Shown piece by piece: positions 42,569 to 51,898 of a DNA stretch of 64,000 nucleotides. Under the pieces are notes generated by a model. The model made no database searches. It was not told where the DNA came from and worked only from the letters and a program-made list of their open reading frames with translations. Made by a program: the position numbers and the translations under genes. The stretch comes from Alphaproteobacteria bacterium (lineage in GTDB: Bacteria > Pseudomonadota > Alphaproteobacteria > SP197): assembly GCA_964291265.2 (NCBI GenBank), contig OZ219747.1:1760001-1824000 (forward strand), in the 5' to 3' direction. Every line of letters starts with the position of its first letter. Position 1 is the stretch's first letter.

Positions 42569-43438
42569 CTAGCCGAGGTTGATGCGGCCGACCCGTTCCA
42601 GCTTGTCGGAGGCCGTGATGATGCCGAGGACGATGACGAGGAGAACGACACCCAGTGCCGACCCCAGGGGCCAGTTCATCGCCATGCCGAACTGTGTCGC
42701 CACGACGTTGGCGATCATGTTGGAATAGGGACCGCCGACCAGGATCGGCGAGATGAAGTCGCCGATCGAAAGCCCGAACGTGAAGGTGAATCCGGCCAGC
42801 ACGCCAGGCATCGAGAGCGGCAGCGTGATCTTGCGGAATGTCGTGAATCGCGGAGCGCCGAGGTCCTTCGAGGCCTCGATGAGACTGGTCGGAATCTTCT
42901 CGAGGGAGGCATAGATCGGCATCACCATGAAGGGCGTGAAGATGTAGGCCATGGTCACCACCATCGCGCCCTGGTTGTAGAGGAAGATGGTGGAGGGCTC
43001 GTCGATGATTCCGAGCCACATGAGGAAGGAGTTGAGGATGCCCTCGCTGCCGAGGATCGTCTTCCAGGTGTAGGCCCGAAGCAGGTAGCTCACCCAGAGC
43101 GGTACGATGGCTGCCGTGTAGAGAAGGAGACGCAGACGAGGGGAGCGCACCTTGAAGGCCAGGAAATAGGCGAGGGGGTAGCTCAGGCAGAACGCGGTGA
43201 CGGACACCGCCAGCGCGATCCACAGGCTGCGCAGGAGCACCGTGAAGTACTGGGAATCCACGATCAGCGTGACGTAGTTGCCGAACTGGAAGTCCGGCAC
43301 GTGGAAGGGAAACTGGCGGGTGTAGAAGCTGATCGCCAGCATGATGAGGTAGGGAACCAGCAGGACCGTGCCCCACCAGAGGGCCGGTCCCGTGAAGAGG
43401 GACCAGAAGCCGAGGACCTGTCTGGTGCGTGGCTTCAT
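42569..43438 (-). CDS. Polyamine-type ABC transporter permease (PotB-like)
   Basis: SYPLAY, PFMVMPIYASL, EASKDLGA, NWPLGSA. Confidence 0.92.
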   Translation of the reverse strand: MKPRTRQVLGFWSLFTGPALWWGTVLLVPYLIMLAISFYTRQFPFHVPDFQFGNYVTLIVDSQYFTVLLRSLWIALAVSVTAFCLSYPLAYFLAFKVRSPRLRLLLYTAAIVPLWVSYLLRAYTWKTILGSEGILNSFLMWLGIIDEPSTIFLYNQGAMVVTMAYIFTPFMVMPIYASLEKIPTSLIEASKDLGAPRFTTFRKITLPLSMPGVLAGFTFTFGLSIGDFISPILVGGPYSNMIANVVATQFGMAMNWPLGSALGVVLLVIVLGIITASDKLERVGRINLG

Positions 43439-44559
43439 GCCGCGGCCTTCTCTGCCTTCATGGCGGCGACCTCGGCGGTGTCGAACAGTCTCAGGGACTC
43501 GGGATGGACCGCGCAGGTGACGGTGTCACCGACACCCGGCAGGCCTGCCGCGGCGAGTTCGGTATCGAGCTGCCGGTGGACGATGACCGGTCGTTCGGCT
43601 CCCACATCGAGGTCGATGCGGACCATGTTGCCGCTGAAGAAAAGCTCTTTCACGGTTCCCTGGAACGTGCTTGAACCCTCTCCGGCCGCGTCCTCCCCGG
43701 GCACCAGCCGGATCTTCTCGGGGCGCATGAACAGCGCTCGCGTGCCGCCTTCATCGGTGTTGCGGTCGAGCCGCAGGGTCATGGAGCCGGCGCATGCCAC
43801 GACATCGCCACGATCACGTCTGACCGTGGCAGGGATCATGTTCGAGGCGCCGAGGAACTCGGCCACGTAGGCCGTCCGGGGATGATCGTAGAGATCGGTC
43901 GGGGTGCCGATCTGTTCGATGCGGCCCGCATGCATCACCATGATGCGATCCGACATGATCATCGCTTCTGTCTGGTCGTGGGTCACCATCACGAAGGTGA
44001 TCCCCACCCGGTCGTGGATGTGACGCAGTTCGACCTGCATCGATTCCTTCAGTTTCGCGTCGAGTGCCGACATCGGTTCGTCAAGCAGCAGGATGCGTGG
44101 ATTGTTGACGAGCGCGCGGGCGAGCGCCACCCGCTGTTGCTGGCCCACCGAGAGTTCCGATGGAAAACGCGCGCCCATGCCCGAAAGCTCGATCATGTCG
44201 AGCATGGCGCGAACCCTCTCGGTGGTCGGCGCCTTACCGACGCCGACGATCTTCAGCCCGTACCCTATGTTCTCCTCGGCCGTCATGTGGGGGAACAGGG
44301 CAAAGTCCTGGAACATCATGTTCACCGGCCGACTGTACGGTGGATCGTTCGTGATGTCGCGGCCGTCGAGCATGACCGAACCGGCGTCGGGATATTCGAA
44401 TCCGCCGATCATGCGCAGTGTCGTCGTCTTGCCGCAGCCCGAGGGGCCGAGCATGGTCAGGAACTCGCCCTCGCGGATATCGAGCGAGAGGTTGTCGACC
44501 GCCAGGACGCCTCCCCGGAAGGTTCTGGAGAGGCCATGGAGTTCCAGGATGCTGGTCAT
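43435..44559 (-). CDS. Polyamine-type ABC transporter ATP-binding protein (PotA-like)
   Basis: GPSGCGKT, LSVGQQQR, LLDEP, VTHDQ, TOBE tail. Confidence 0.93.
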   Translation of the reverse strand: MTSILELHGLSRTFRGGVLAVDNLSLDIREGEFLTMLGPSGCGKTTTLRMIGGFEYPDAGSVMLDGRDITNDPPYSRPVNMMFQDFALFPHMTAEENIGYGLKIVGVGKAPTTERVRAMLDMIELSGMGARFPSELSVGQQQRVALARALVNNPRILLLDEPMSALDAKLKESMQVELRHIHDRVGITFVMVTHDQTEAMIMSDRIMVMHAGRIEQIGTPTDLYDHPRTAYVAEFLGASNMIPATVRRDRGDVVACAGSMTLRLDRNTDEGGTRALFMRPEKIRLVPGEDAAGEGSSTFQGTVKELFFSGNMVRIDLDVGAERPVIVHRQLDTELAAAGLPGVGDTVTCAVHPESLRLFDTAEVAAMKAEKAAA

Positions 44560-44580
44560 GTCTCGTGCTTCATGTCATCG

Positions 44581-44616
44581 GGCGGGCGGCCTCCTTCACC
44601 GGAAGGCCCGCCCGCC
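44581..44616 (-). terminator. GC-rich intergenic hairpin after the SBP gene
   Basis: GGCGGGCGGCCTCC-TTCACC-GGAAGGCCCGCCCGCC; no clear U tract. Confidence 0.45.
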
Positions 44617-44634
44617 GTGGCGATGGACAGGTGA

Positions 44635-45690
44635 TCACTGGGCTGCCTTGATGGCGTTCCAGGTGTTGATGTAGGCGTCGACACGTGCCGGTTCCTCCCA
44701 CAGGACGAGCCCGTCGATGTACTTGAAGTCGGCCTGGTTCAACGCTTCGAAGGTCGCTTCATCGAGACATTCGCGGAGCACGACGGGGTTCGATCCGGAA
44801 TAGCCGGTCACGCCGACCACGCCGCACTGGCCACCGGATGACGTCGCGTAGTCGAGCCATGCGTAGGCACAATCAGCGTTCGGCGTGCCCTTGACGATCT
44901 GCCATGCATCAGCCCAGCCATCGGCCTTCTCGACCGGAATGAACTCGACCATCTCGATATCCTGTTCGGCCAGCAGAGAGGACTGGTATCCTCCCCAGGT
45001 GTTGGAAATCGTCACCTCGCCGTTGGCATAGAGGTTCACGAGTTCGCCTGCGGTCGACCAGAACTTGCGGATATGGGGCTTCAGGGCGACGAGCTTGTCG
45101 CGCACCGCGGCCAGCTGATCATCCGAGAGGTCGTAGACATTGACATCCGTGCCGAACAGCAGGCGGGCGACGATGTAGATGTTGGTCTTGTCGTCCCACA
45201 GGCTGATCCCGCCTGACAGGGACTCATCCTCCCAGAAGGAGGCGATGCTGTCGGGCGCCTGGTCGAACCGGTCCGCACGATACATGAACGGGATCGACCC
45301 CCATGTGAACGGAACGGCATAGACCCCGCCCTCGTGGTTGACGCCGACATGGTTGCGGAACTGTTCGTAGATGTTGTCCCACTGCTCGAGACGGCCGACA
45401 TCGATTTCCTCGACGAGTTCCGCCTTCATCAGGATCGTGGTGGTGTCAACCGATGGCGAGACGAGGTCGTAGACTCCGCCGCCCCCGGCAAGCTTGGCCG
45501 GGAACTCGTCGTTGGAGCCGACGTAGGTCGGTGTCACCACGCATCCCGTGGCCTCGGTGAACGGTTCGACAAAGCCGGGGTCGGTGTAACCTTCCCAGGT
45601 GAGGACACTGAGCTCGCCTTCGGCATGGGCCGTTGCCGCAAGGCCGATGACGAGGGCCGCGGCCGCGCGCTTGATGTTGGTCACGTCCAT
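44635..45690 (-). CDS. Polyamine-type ABC substrate-binding protein (PotD/PotF-like)
   Basis: Signal peptide, LTWEGY, SNDE...KL..G..YDLVSPS, VPFTWG, GWAD. Confidence 0.9.
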   Translation of the reverse strand: MDVTNIKRAAAALVIGLAATAHAEGELSVLTWEGYTDPGFVEPFTEATGCVVTPTYVGSNDEFPAKLAGGGGVYDLVSPSVDTTTILMKAELVEEIDVGRLEQWDNIYEQFRNHVGVNHEGGVYAVPFTWGSIPFMYRADRFDQAPDSIASFWEDESLSGGISLWDDKTNIYIVARLLFGTDVNVYDLSDDQLAAVRDKLVALKPHIRKFWSTAGELVNLYANGEVTISNTWGGYQSSLLAEQDIEMVEFIPVEKADGWADAWQIVKGTPNADCAYAWLDYATSSGGQCGVVGVTGYSGSNPVVLRECLDEATFEALNQADFKYIDGLVLWEEPARVDAYINTWNAIKAAQ

Positions 45691-45992
45691 GGGTCTTGAG
45701 TCTTCTCCGCTTGCTGAGTGTCCGGGGTGCCGGGGCGGCGCCCGCAGGATCCGCCCTCCATCTTGGAGCATGGATGCTTGTACCAGCAAGGCGAGTGGAA
45801 CGATACAGTGTCGTGGCCTGCCAGACCGCCCGGATTCCACGGGTCTCGGAGAGGATTCGGCCATCACCCCCCGCGCGCCGCTTGCCGGATGCTCCGCCAG
45901 GCCTTATGGATCGCCTGCGTCACGTACCGTCCCGTGTTCCGTCACGAGGCCCTTGGCGCTAGACTCGAAACCGGCGTGTGCGGATGGGTTCG

Positions 45993-46325
45993 ATGCCGAA
46001 AGTGACCTTCATCGTGCAGAGCGGGGAGCGCATCGAGATCGATGCGCCCGAAGGACTCTCCCTTCTCGAGGTCGCAAGGCGCTACGACATCGACATCGAG
46101 GGCGCCTGCGAGGGGTCGCTGGCCTGTTCCACGTGCCACGTCATCGTCGATGCGGAGGACTTCGAGCGCCTCGAGGAGCCCGGTGAGGACGAGGAAGACA
46201 TGCTTGATCTTGCCTTCGGCCTGACCCGCACCTCCCGTCTGGGATGCCAGATCCTGCTGACAGAGGAACTCGACGGACTGACCGTGACCTTGCCCCATGA
46301 AACCCGCAACATGCTCTTCGAGTGA
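45993..46325 (+). CDS. fdx: 2Fe-2S ferredoxin (adrenodoxin/ISC type)
   Basis: [29 protein letters not shown]. Confidence 0.95.
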   Translation: MPKVTFIVQSGERIEIDAPEGLSLLEVARRYDIDIEGACEGSLACSTCHVIVDAEDFERLEEPGEDEEDMLDLAFGLTRTSRLGCQILLTEELDGLTVTLPHETRNMLFE

Positions 46326-46335
46326 CGTGCCGACG

Positions 46336-47475
46336 ATGATTGCGGACCGTTCCAGGGGCAGCCGGACCATCGTCGCCATGTCCGGGGGAGTCGACAGTTC
46401 GGTGGTCGCTGCCCTCCTCAAGGACGGGGGCCACGAGACCATCGGCGTGACGCTGCAGCTCTACGATCATGGCAGGACGGTCTCACGTCCCGGCGCCTGC
46501 TGTGCCGGCGCCGACATCCGCGACGCCCGTCGCGTGGCGGCGACGCTCGACATACCGCACTATGTCCTCGACTACCAGGCGCGGTTCCGCACGTCCGTGA
46601 TGGAGGCGTTCGCCGACAGCTACCTTGCCGGTGAAACGCCGGTCCCGTGCGTGCTCTGCAACCAGGGAGTCAAGTTCTCCGACCTGCTGACGACGGCGCG
46701 TGATCTCGGTGGAGACTGCCTGGCGACCGGGCACTATGTGCGGCGTGTCGAGGGGCGCGACGGACCGGAGCTCCACTGCGGCGCCGAAACCGGCCGCGAC
46801 CAGAGCTACTTTCTCTTCCGCACGACCCGGCGCCAGTTGCAGGACCTGAGGTTCCCCCTGGGCGGCATGACCAAGGACGAGGTTCGGTCCTGCGCCAGGC
46901 GGTTCGGATTGCCGGTGTCTGACAAGCCGGACAGCCAGGACATCTGCTTCGTGCCGCAGGGGCGCTACACGGATGTCGTCGACCGCCTGCGCCCCGGCGC
47001 CATGGAGGCGGGCACGATCGTCGATCGTGCCGGCCGCTTTCTGGGTCACCATGACGGAATCGCCCACTACACCGTCGGGCAGAGACGGCGGCTCGGCATC
47101 GCGACGGGTGAGCCGCTCTTTGTCGTTCACCTGGATCCGGAACGCCGCCAGGTGACTGTCGGTCCCCGCGAGGCCCTTCTCTCGTCGGCCCTGACCATGC
47201 GCGACGTCAACTGGCTCGGCCGGGAAACCTTGCCGCGTGACGGCGTGGAATGCCGTGTCCAGCTGCGTTCGCGCCAGGAGCGCCTGCCGGCGCGCGTGCT
47301 GCCTCTTGCAGACAATCGCGCCAGGGTCGAGCTCGCCCGGCCCGCCGAGGCCATCGCCCCGGGCCAGGCCTGTGTCATGTACGATGGCAGCCGCCTGCTC
47401 GGCGGCGGCTGGATCGAAAGGCAGGGAGATCACGGTACCGTTCCACGTTGCGCAGGCGCCGATGTCTGCTCCTGA
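46336..47475 (+). CDS. mnmA: tRNA 2-thiouridine(34) synthase
   Basis: [42 protein letters not shown]. Confidence 0.97.
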   Translation: MIADRSRGSRTIVAMSGGVDSSVVAALLKDGGHETIGVTLQLYDHGRTVSRPGACCAGADIRDARRVAATLDIPHYVLDYQARFRTSVMEAFADSYLAGETPVPCVLCNQGVKFSDLLTTARDLGGDCLATGHYVRRVEGRDGPELHCGAETGRDQSYFLFRTTRRQLQDLRFPLGGMTKDEVRSCARRFGLPVSDKPDSQDICFVPQGRYTDVVDRLRPGAMEAGTIVDRAGRFLGHHDGIAHYTVGQRRRLGIATGEPLFVVHLDPERRQVTVGPREALLSSALTMRDVNWLGRETLPRDGVECRVQLRSRQERLPARVLPLADNRARVELARPAEAIAPGQACVMYDGSRLLGGGWIERQGDHGTVPRCAGADVCS

Positions 47476-48339
47476 CGGGAGGGGCCGGACATGGTGGTCA
47501 CCGGCAGGGTCCGCCGCCTGACCGGTCATGTCGGCATCGATGTCGCCTGGGATCCATCTGCGGCGCCCTGACGACGGCGTGGTCGCCGCCCAGGCGCCAG
47601 GCATGGTCCGAGCACGGGGTCGGGTGGAAAGTCGCCGGTCCCGTTCCCGAACGTGAACGTCTGATACCGAGGTGACGGATAGCCCCGGAAGTCCACGCCC
47701 ATGCAGAACGTTTGGACGCCCCGCATGGCAACGCGGAAGCTTCCGGAATGCGTTGCTGCCGGAGGGCAGATCAGCACTCGTCCGTGCCGGTCTGATCGTC
47801 GGCGCGTGACGACCGGCAGGAGGCTTCTCGATTTCCCCACGCCCCTGTCTTCCCGGTGTGTCGACGCACTCCACGTTTGGTGCAACCGGCCTTGCGGCCG
47901 GAGAGGAAGGCATGGGGGAGAGGCCCCTGGCAATGCCATCAAGCGCCCTGCGCCGCATCGCTCCCGACACTCTGGCTGCGGCGTGCAGCGCACGTGTTCT
48001 CGACGGCTTCCCTGGTGCGCCCGCGGAAAAGGATCGCTTGAGGCATGGCAGCCCCTGCCGCCACGAGATCGATCGTCTCACCGATCTGGCGGGTCACACC
48101 CCGGACATCGACTGGCAGGAAGGCGGCTCAGCCCGAAGTTGCGAACGACTTCCAGATGATGGTCGCGTCACGTCGTTGACCTTGCGTGGGAAAATGTTCG
48201 GTCAAGGGGTGATGAGGATGACGGTGGCGCCCACGCACCGTCCCGGATCTCGCACGCATGCGCTCAGTTCCACCGTGTCCCTGTCACTGTGTGACCGAAC
48301 GCTTGCAAATGCAGTGCCTGGAGGGCTTATGCATCCCCC

Positions 48340-48630
48340 TTGATCCCTTATGGAACAGTGTTTTTCGGCGGCAAGGCGGCTATCGATACATGGATCGAGG
48401 AGACGGTAGCGCTGTGTCGCGAGCGGTGTGAATTCTTGTTGGACTTGACGGAAGCCGAACGCGACTTCCTCGACGGCGGCCTGGCACGCGGCGAAGTGAA
48501 CAGTGACCTTCTCGATACAAGTTCAGATCTGCGAGCCCGCATTTCCGCCATGCCGATGCTCGCCTGGAAATGTCAGAATGTGCACAGGCACCAAGACCCT
48601 GACCATTACAACAAGACGAGTCTTGCCTGA
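48340..48630 (+). pseudogene. AbiEii/AbiGii nucleotidyltransferase toxin C-terminal remnant
   Basis: CRER..FLL.LT..E.DFLD....GE...LL......RI...P.LAWK..NV; N-terminal catalytic part absent. Confidence 0.5.
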
Positions 48631-48820
48631 CTGCCCATCGTCGGAAAGCTAGAGGCGGACTCCGCCGCTCATGGTCTGCTGGCGGCCTGGACTTCAACCG
48701 GAATGCACTACGGATCAGCCGCCATGCTTGGCCGGCAAACCGGAACCGCCTCAAGGCACACACTCCCCGCGACCGGGACCTGGGAGAAGGCCCTTGTCGC
48801 GGGGCGAGCGGCGCCATGCG

Positions 48821-50110
48821 TCAGGCGACGACGAAGGAGAAATCGTTCTCGTCGACCGTCGTCACGCTCCACAGGACAATCACGTCATCGCCGTCCCCGT
48901 AGCGCACATCGGTTCCAAGGCCATCGTCCCTCTGCCGGATGTCGAGCCCGTCGAACCCGCCGCTCACGCCGCGCAACTCGATGATGTCGCCGTCCCCGAA
49001 GCCGGAGACATGGTCGCTTCCATCCCCGATCGAGAACACGAGCGTGTCATTGCCGAGTCCCCCATAGTAGCAGTCGTATCCCTCGCCGCCGATGAGGCGG
49101 TCGTCGCCCTGGCCGCCCTCGAGATGGTCCACGCCCTTGCCGCCATAGAGGGTGTCGTCGCCCATGCCGCCGAAGAGCTTGTCCTTGCCCTTGCCGCCAT
49201 GGAGCGTGTCGTCGCCCATGCCGCCGTCGATGAAATCGTCTCCCCGCTTGCCGTGGATCAAGTCGTCGTCGGTGACATCCTCCATCTCATGGCGCACCTG
49301 ATCGGCAGAGGCATTGCTCGTCCCGCCATAGAGCTGGTCGTTGCCGCTGCCGCCCCGCAGCGTGTCGTTGCCCATGCCGCCGGACAGCAGATCGTTGGCC
49401 TTGCTGCCCCTGAGAGTGTCGTCGCCGTCGCCGCCGGTGAGCGTGCGGCCGTCGACCGGGCCGCCATGCTCTTCCGCTGGGGAGAGCGGCACAGATCCGG
49501 CGCTCTGCTGCTGCGCCTGTTCGCCGTGGTCATGTTCCGGCGCACCCTGCGCGGGCACGGCGGTCTGCAGCGCATCACCGGACGGCATGCCGTCGTCCTC
49601 GCAGTCCTCGCAGTCCTCCATGAACCGGAAGTCGCTTTCGTCCAGATCGGCGGGGGCGACGCCCCACAGGATGATCATGTCACCGCCGTCGCCATAGTGG
49701 ACCTCGGTGCCGAAGGCTTCGTCGTGCGCCCGGATTTCAAGCCCGGCGAACCCGCCCTCGATCCCGCGGAACTCGATGATGTCGCCGTCGCCGAAGTCGG
49801 AGACCTGATTCCAGTTCCCGTCGCCGGCCATGAACACGAAGGTGTCCGCACCCAGCCCGCCGTAGAGGTTGTCGTTGCCCCGGCCACCGATGAGTCTGTC
49901 GTTGCCCTGACCGCCGTAGATGCAGTCCTTGCCATCAAGGCCGAACAGGATGTCGTCGCCATCGTCGCCGTAGAGGGTGTCGCTCAACTGGCTGCCCGTC
50001 AGGGTGTCGTCGCCCTTGCCGCCATCGAGCTCACTGTCGAGCGGGCCGGCGGCATGCGTGTCGTCGCCGTCGGTGCCTTTCCAGTGGACCTGTCTTTCGT
50101 CCTGGGCCAT
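48821..50110 (-). CDS. RTX (hemolysin-type calcium-binding) repeat protein with two modules
   Basis: Many GGxGxDxLx nonapeptides; duplicated DTxVF..GDG...V..FGDGDIIE.RG module; AGAGG RBS. Confidence 0.9.
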   Translation of the reverse strand: MAQDERQVHWKGTDGDDTHAAGPLDSELDGGKGDDTLTGSQLSDTLYGDDGDDILFGLDGKDCIYGGQGNDRLIGGRGNDNLYGGLGADTFVFMAGDGNWNQVSDFGDGDIIEFRGIEGGFAGLEIRAHDEAFGTEVHYGDGGDMIILWGVAPADLDESDFRFMEDCEDCEDDGMPSGDALQTAVPAQGAPEHDHGEQAQQQSAGSVPLSPAEEHGGPVDGRTLTGGDGDDTLRGSKANDLLSGGMGNDTLRGGSGNDQLYGGTSNASADQVRHEMEDVTDDDLIHGKRGDDFIDGGMGDDTLHGGKGKDKLFGGMGDDTLYGGKGVDHLEGGQGDDRLIGGEGYDCYYGGLGNDTLVFSIGDGSDHVSGFGDGDIIELRGVSGGFDGLDIRQRDDGLGTDVRYGDGDDVIVLWSVTTVDENDFSFVVA

Positions 50111-50243
50111 CAGTGCTTTCCTCTCTTCATGAATCTGTCATGGGGCTGTCGAACATGCTTCAATATGGCAACCCTGCCTCATGAACCCTGGGAGTGTCAA
50201 CTGCCGCCATCATGCGTCAATGAGGATCCGGCCGGGCCATGGC

Positions 50244-50290
50244 CTGCAACGATGCTCTGCAACGATGCTCTGCAACGATGGTCTGCAACG
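50244..50290. repeat. 13-bp tandem repeat (about 3.6 copies)
   Basis: CTGCAACGATGCT x2, CTGCAACGATGGT, CTGCAACG. Confidence 0.9.
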
Positions 50291-50596
50291 GATTGTGCCG
50301 ACAATCCGTCCCGTGAGCCATGATCAACCAGGTGAAGGACATGGCCGCGATCCTTGTGACAGCGGCAGGCTGCCGGGGCAGTGTGCTGTATCCTGCATGC
50401 CCGAGAGCCAACCTGCCTGTTCATCGTATTCGGCTCGAAGCCGCGTGTTCCGGGCCTCACCGCTTGCGATATCGGGTGCGCCACGAGACCGCCCAGGCCG
50501 TCATGAACGGCGGTTCCCGCCGGCCAGGCGGTGCGTGGCCTGACGGCGCCGTCCCCCGGACCGGGCGCACGTTGTGCCCCCTTTCCCCGGGGGGCT

Positions 50597-51898
50597 TCAC
50601 TCCTCGCGGAAGGCGTGCCGGACATAGTCCGTGAAGGGGTCGAGCAGAAAGGCAAGGGGGGTGCGGGCGCGGGTCTGGATGAAGGCCTCGACCGGCATGC
50701 CGGGGACGATGCCGCGCGCCCGGGCCGCGGCCTCGGAATCCTCGCTCAGGACGATGTCTGCAGTGTAGTAGCGTGCGCCGCTGACCTCGTCGACCAGCGC
50801 GTCGGCCGACACCGTGCGCAACCGCCCGGTGAACTCCGGCGCGTTGCGCAGGTTGAAGGCGGGGAACACCACCGTCACCTCCTGCCCGGCCCAGACCTCG
50901 TCGATCCGCCCCGCCTCGACCCGGACCCTGGGCGCCAGCGGCACCCCTTCGGGCACGATCGCCGCCACCTCGGTCCCCGCCGGGATCACTCCGCCCACGG
51001 TGAACACCCGCAGCCCGTGCACCACGCCCGCCATCGGCGCCCGCAGCACGAGTCGGGACAGGCGGGTCTCCACCACCCGGAGGCGCTCGGCGAGTTCGGC
51101 CTCGCGTGGCTGCAGCGTGCGCATCTCGCCCTGGGCCTGCTCGCGGTGCTCCGCCAGCAGGCGCAGACGCTCGATCTCGTAGGAGGCCAGCGCGCTGCCG
51201 CCCCGAGCGGTCTCCGCCTCCAGTTCGCCGAGCACGCCCCTGAGATGAGCCTCCTCCCGGAGCAGACGCGACAGTTCCGGTTTCCGGGCCAGGCCCTTCT
51301 CGAGCAGCCACTGCTGGTCCTGGACCTCCGCCCCGATCAGGGTCAGCTGGTCCTGCACGGCCTTCGTCTGCAGCCGAAGCGCTTCGATGAGGGCCGTGGT
51401 CTGCGCCTTGCGTTCCCCGATCTGCGCCACCGTCTGCATCAGCAACTCGCGCCCGTTCTCGAACAGACGCCGCTCGCCGGCCAGCAGGGACGCCAGCACC
51501 GGGTTGCCCTCGGCCGCCGCCGCGTCCCGGAACGAGACCTCGTCAGCGGACCGGGCCTGCGACGCCAGACGGTCGATGCGCGCCCGCGTCTCCTGCAACT
51601 GCCGCACCAGGATCGCCCGCTCGGCCGCAAGCCCCGTGGCGTCGAGCTCCATGATCGCTTCCCCCGCCTCGACACGCGATCCGTCGCGCACCAGCAAGGC
51701 CGCCACGACACCCCCGTCGGGATGCTGGATCGCCTGGCGCCGCGATTCCAGCTCCATGCTGCCCGAGGCGATCACCGCACCGTGAATCTCCGCCAGGGAG
51801 GCCCACACCAGCGCCCCCGCAAAACCCACGCCAAGCATCACAAGCCCAAGCCGAACCGGACCGCGTACCGGCCAGGACCGCTGTCCCGCCTCACTCAC
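50597..51898 (-). CDS. Type I secretion periplasmic adaptor (HlyD/PrtE family)
   Basis: TM anchor, IQHPDGGVV, LRAPMAGVV, GGVI..G, PGMPVEAFI, AFREE; GTG 51898 overlaps the ATPase stop. Confidence 0.93.
   Translation of the reverse strand: MSEAGQRSWPVRGPVRLGLVMLGVGFAGALVWASLAEIHGAVIASGSMELESRRQAIQHPDGGVVAALLVRDGSRVEAGEAIMELDATGLAAERAILVRQLQETRARIDRLASQARSADEVSFRDAAAAEGNPVLASLLAGERRLFENGRELLMQTVAQIGERKAQTTALIEALRLQTKAVQDQLTLIGAEVQDQQWLLEKGLARKPELSRLLREEAHLRGVLGELEAETARGGSALASYEIERLRLLAEHREQAQGEMRTLQPREAELAERLRVVETRLSRLVLRAPMAGVVHGLRVFTVGGVIPAGTEVAAIVPEGVPLAPRVRVEAGRIDEVWAGQEVTVVFPAFNLRNAPEFTGRLRTVSADALVDEVSGARYYTADIVLSEDSEAAARARGIVPGMPVEAFIQTRARTPLAFLLDPFTDYVRHAFREE

Noticed and set aside
47480-47720. 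tRNA downstream of mnmA
   Set aside because: No cloverleaf, T-loop or CCA end could be identified by eye
46483-48081. 532 aa minus-strand ORF and similar long antisense ORFs (e.g. 16479-18131, 34539-36485, 53539-56073, 56795-58402)
   Set aside because: GC-rich shadow frames opposite well-supported genes, with no domain motifs
50244-50290. CRISPR array
   Set aside because: 13-bp units without spacers and no cas genes; it is a simple tandem repeat
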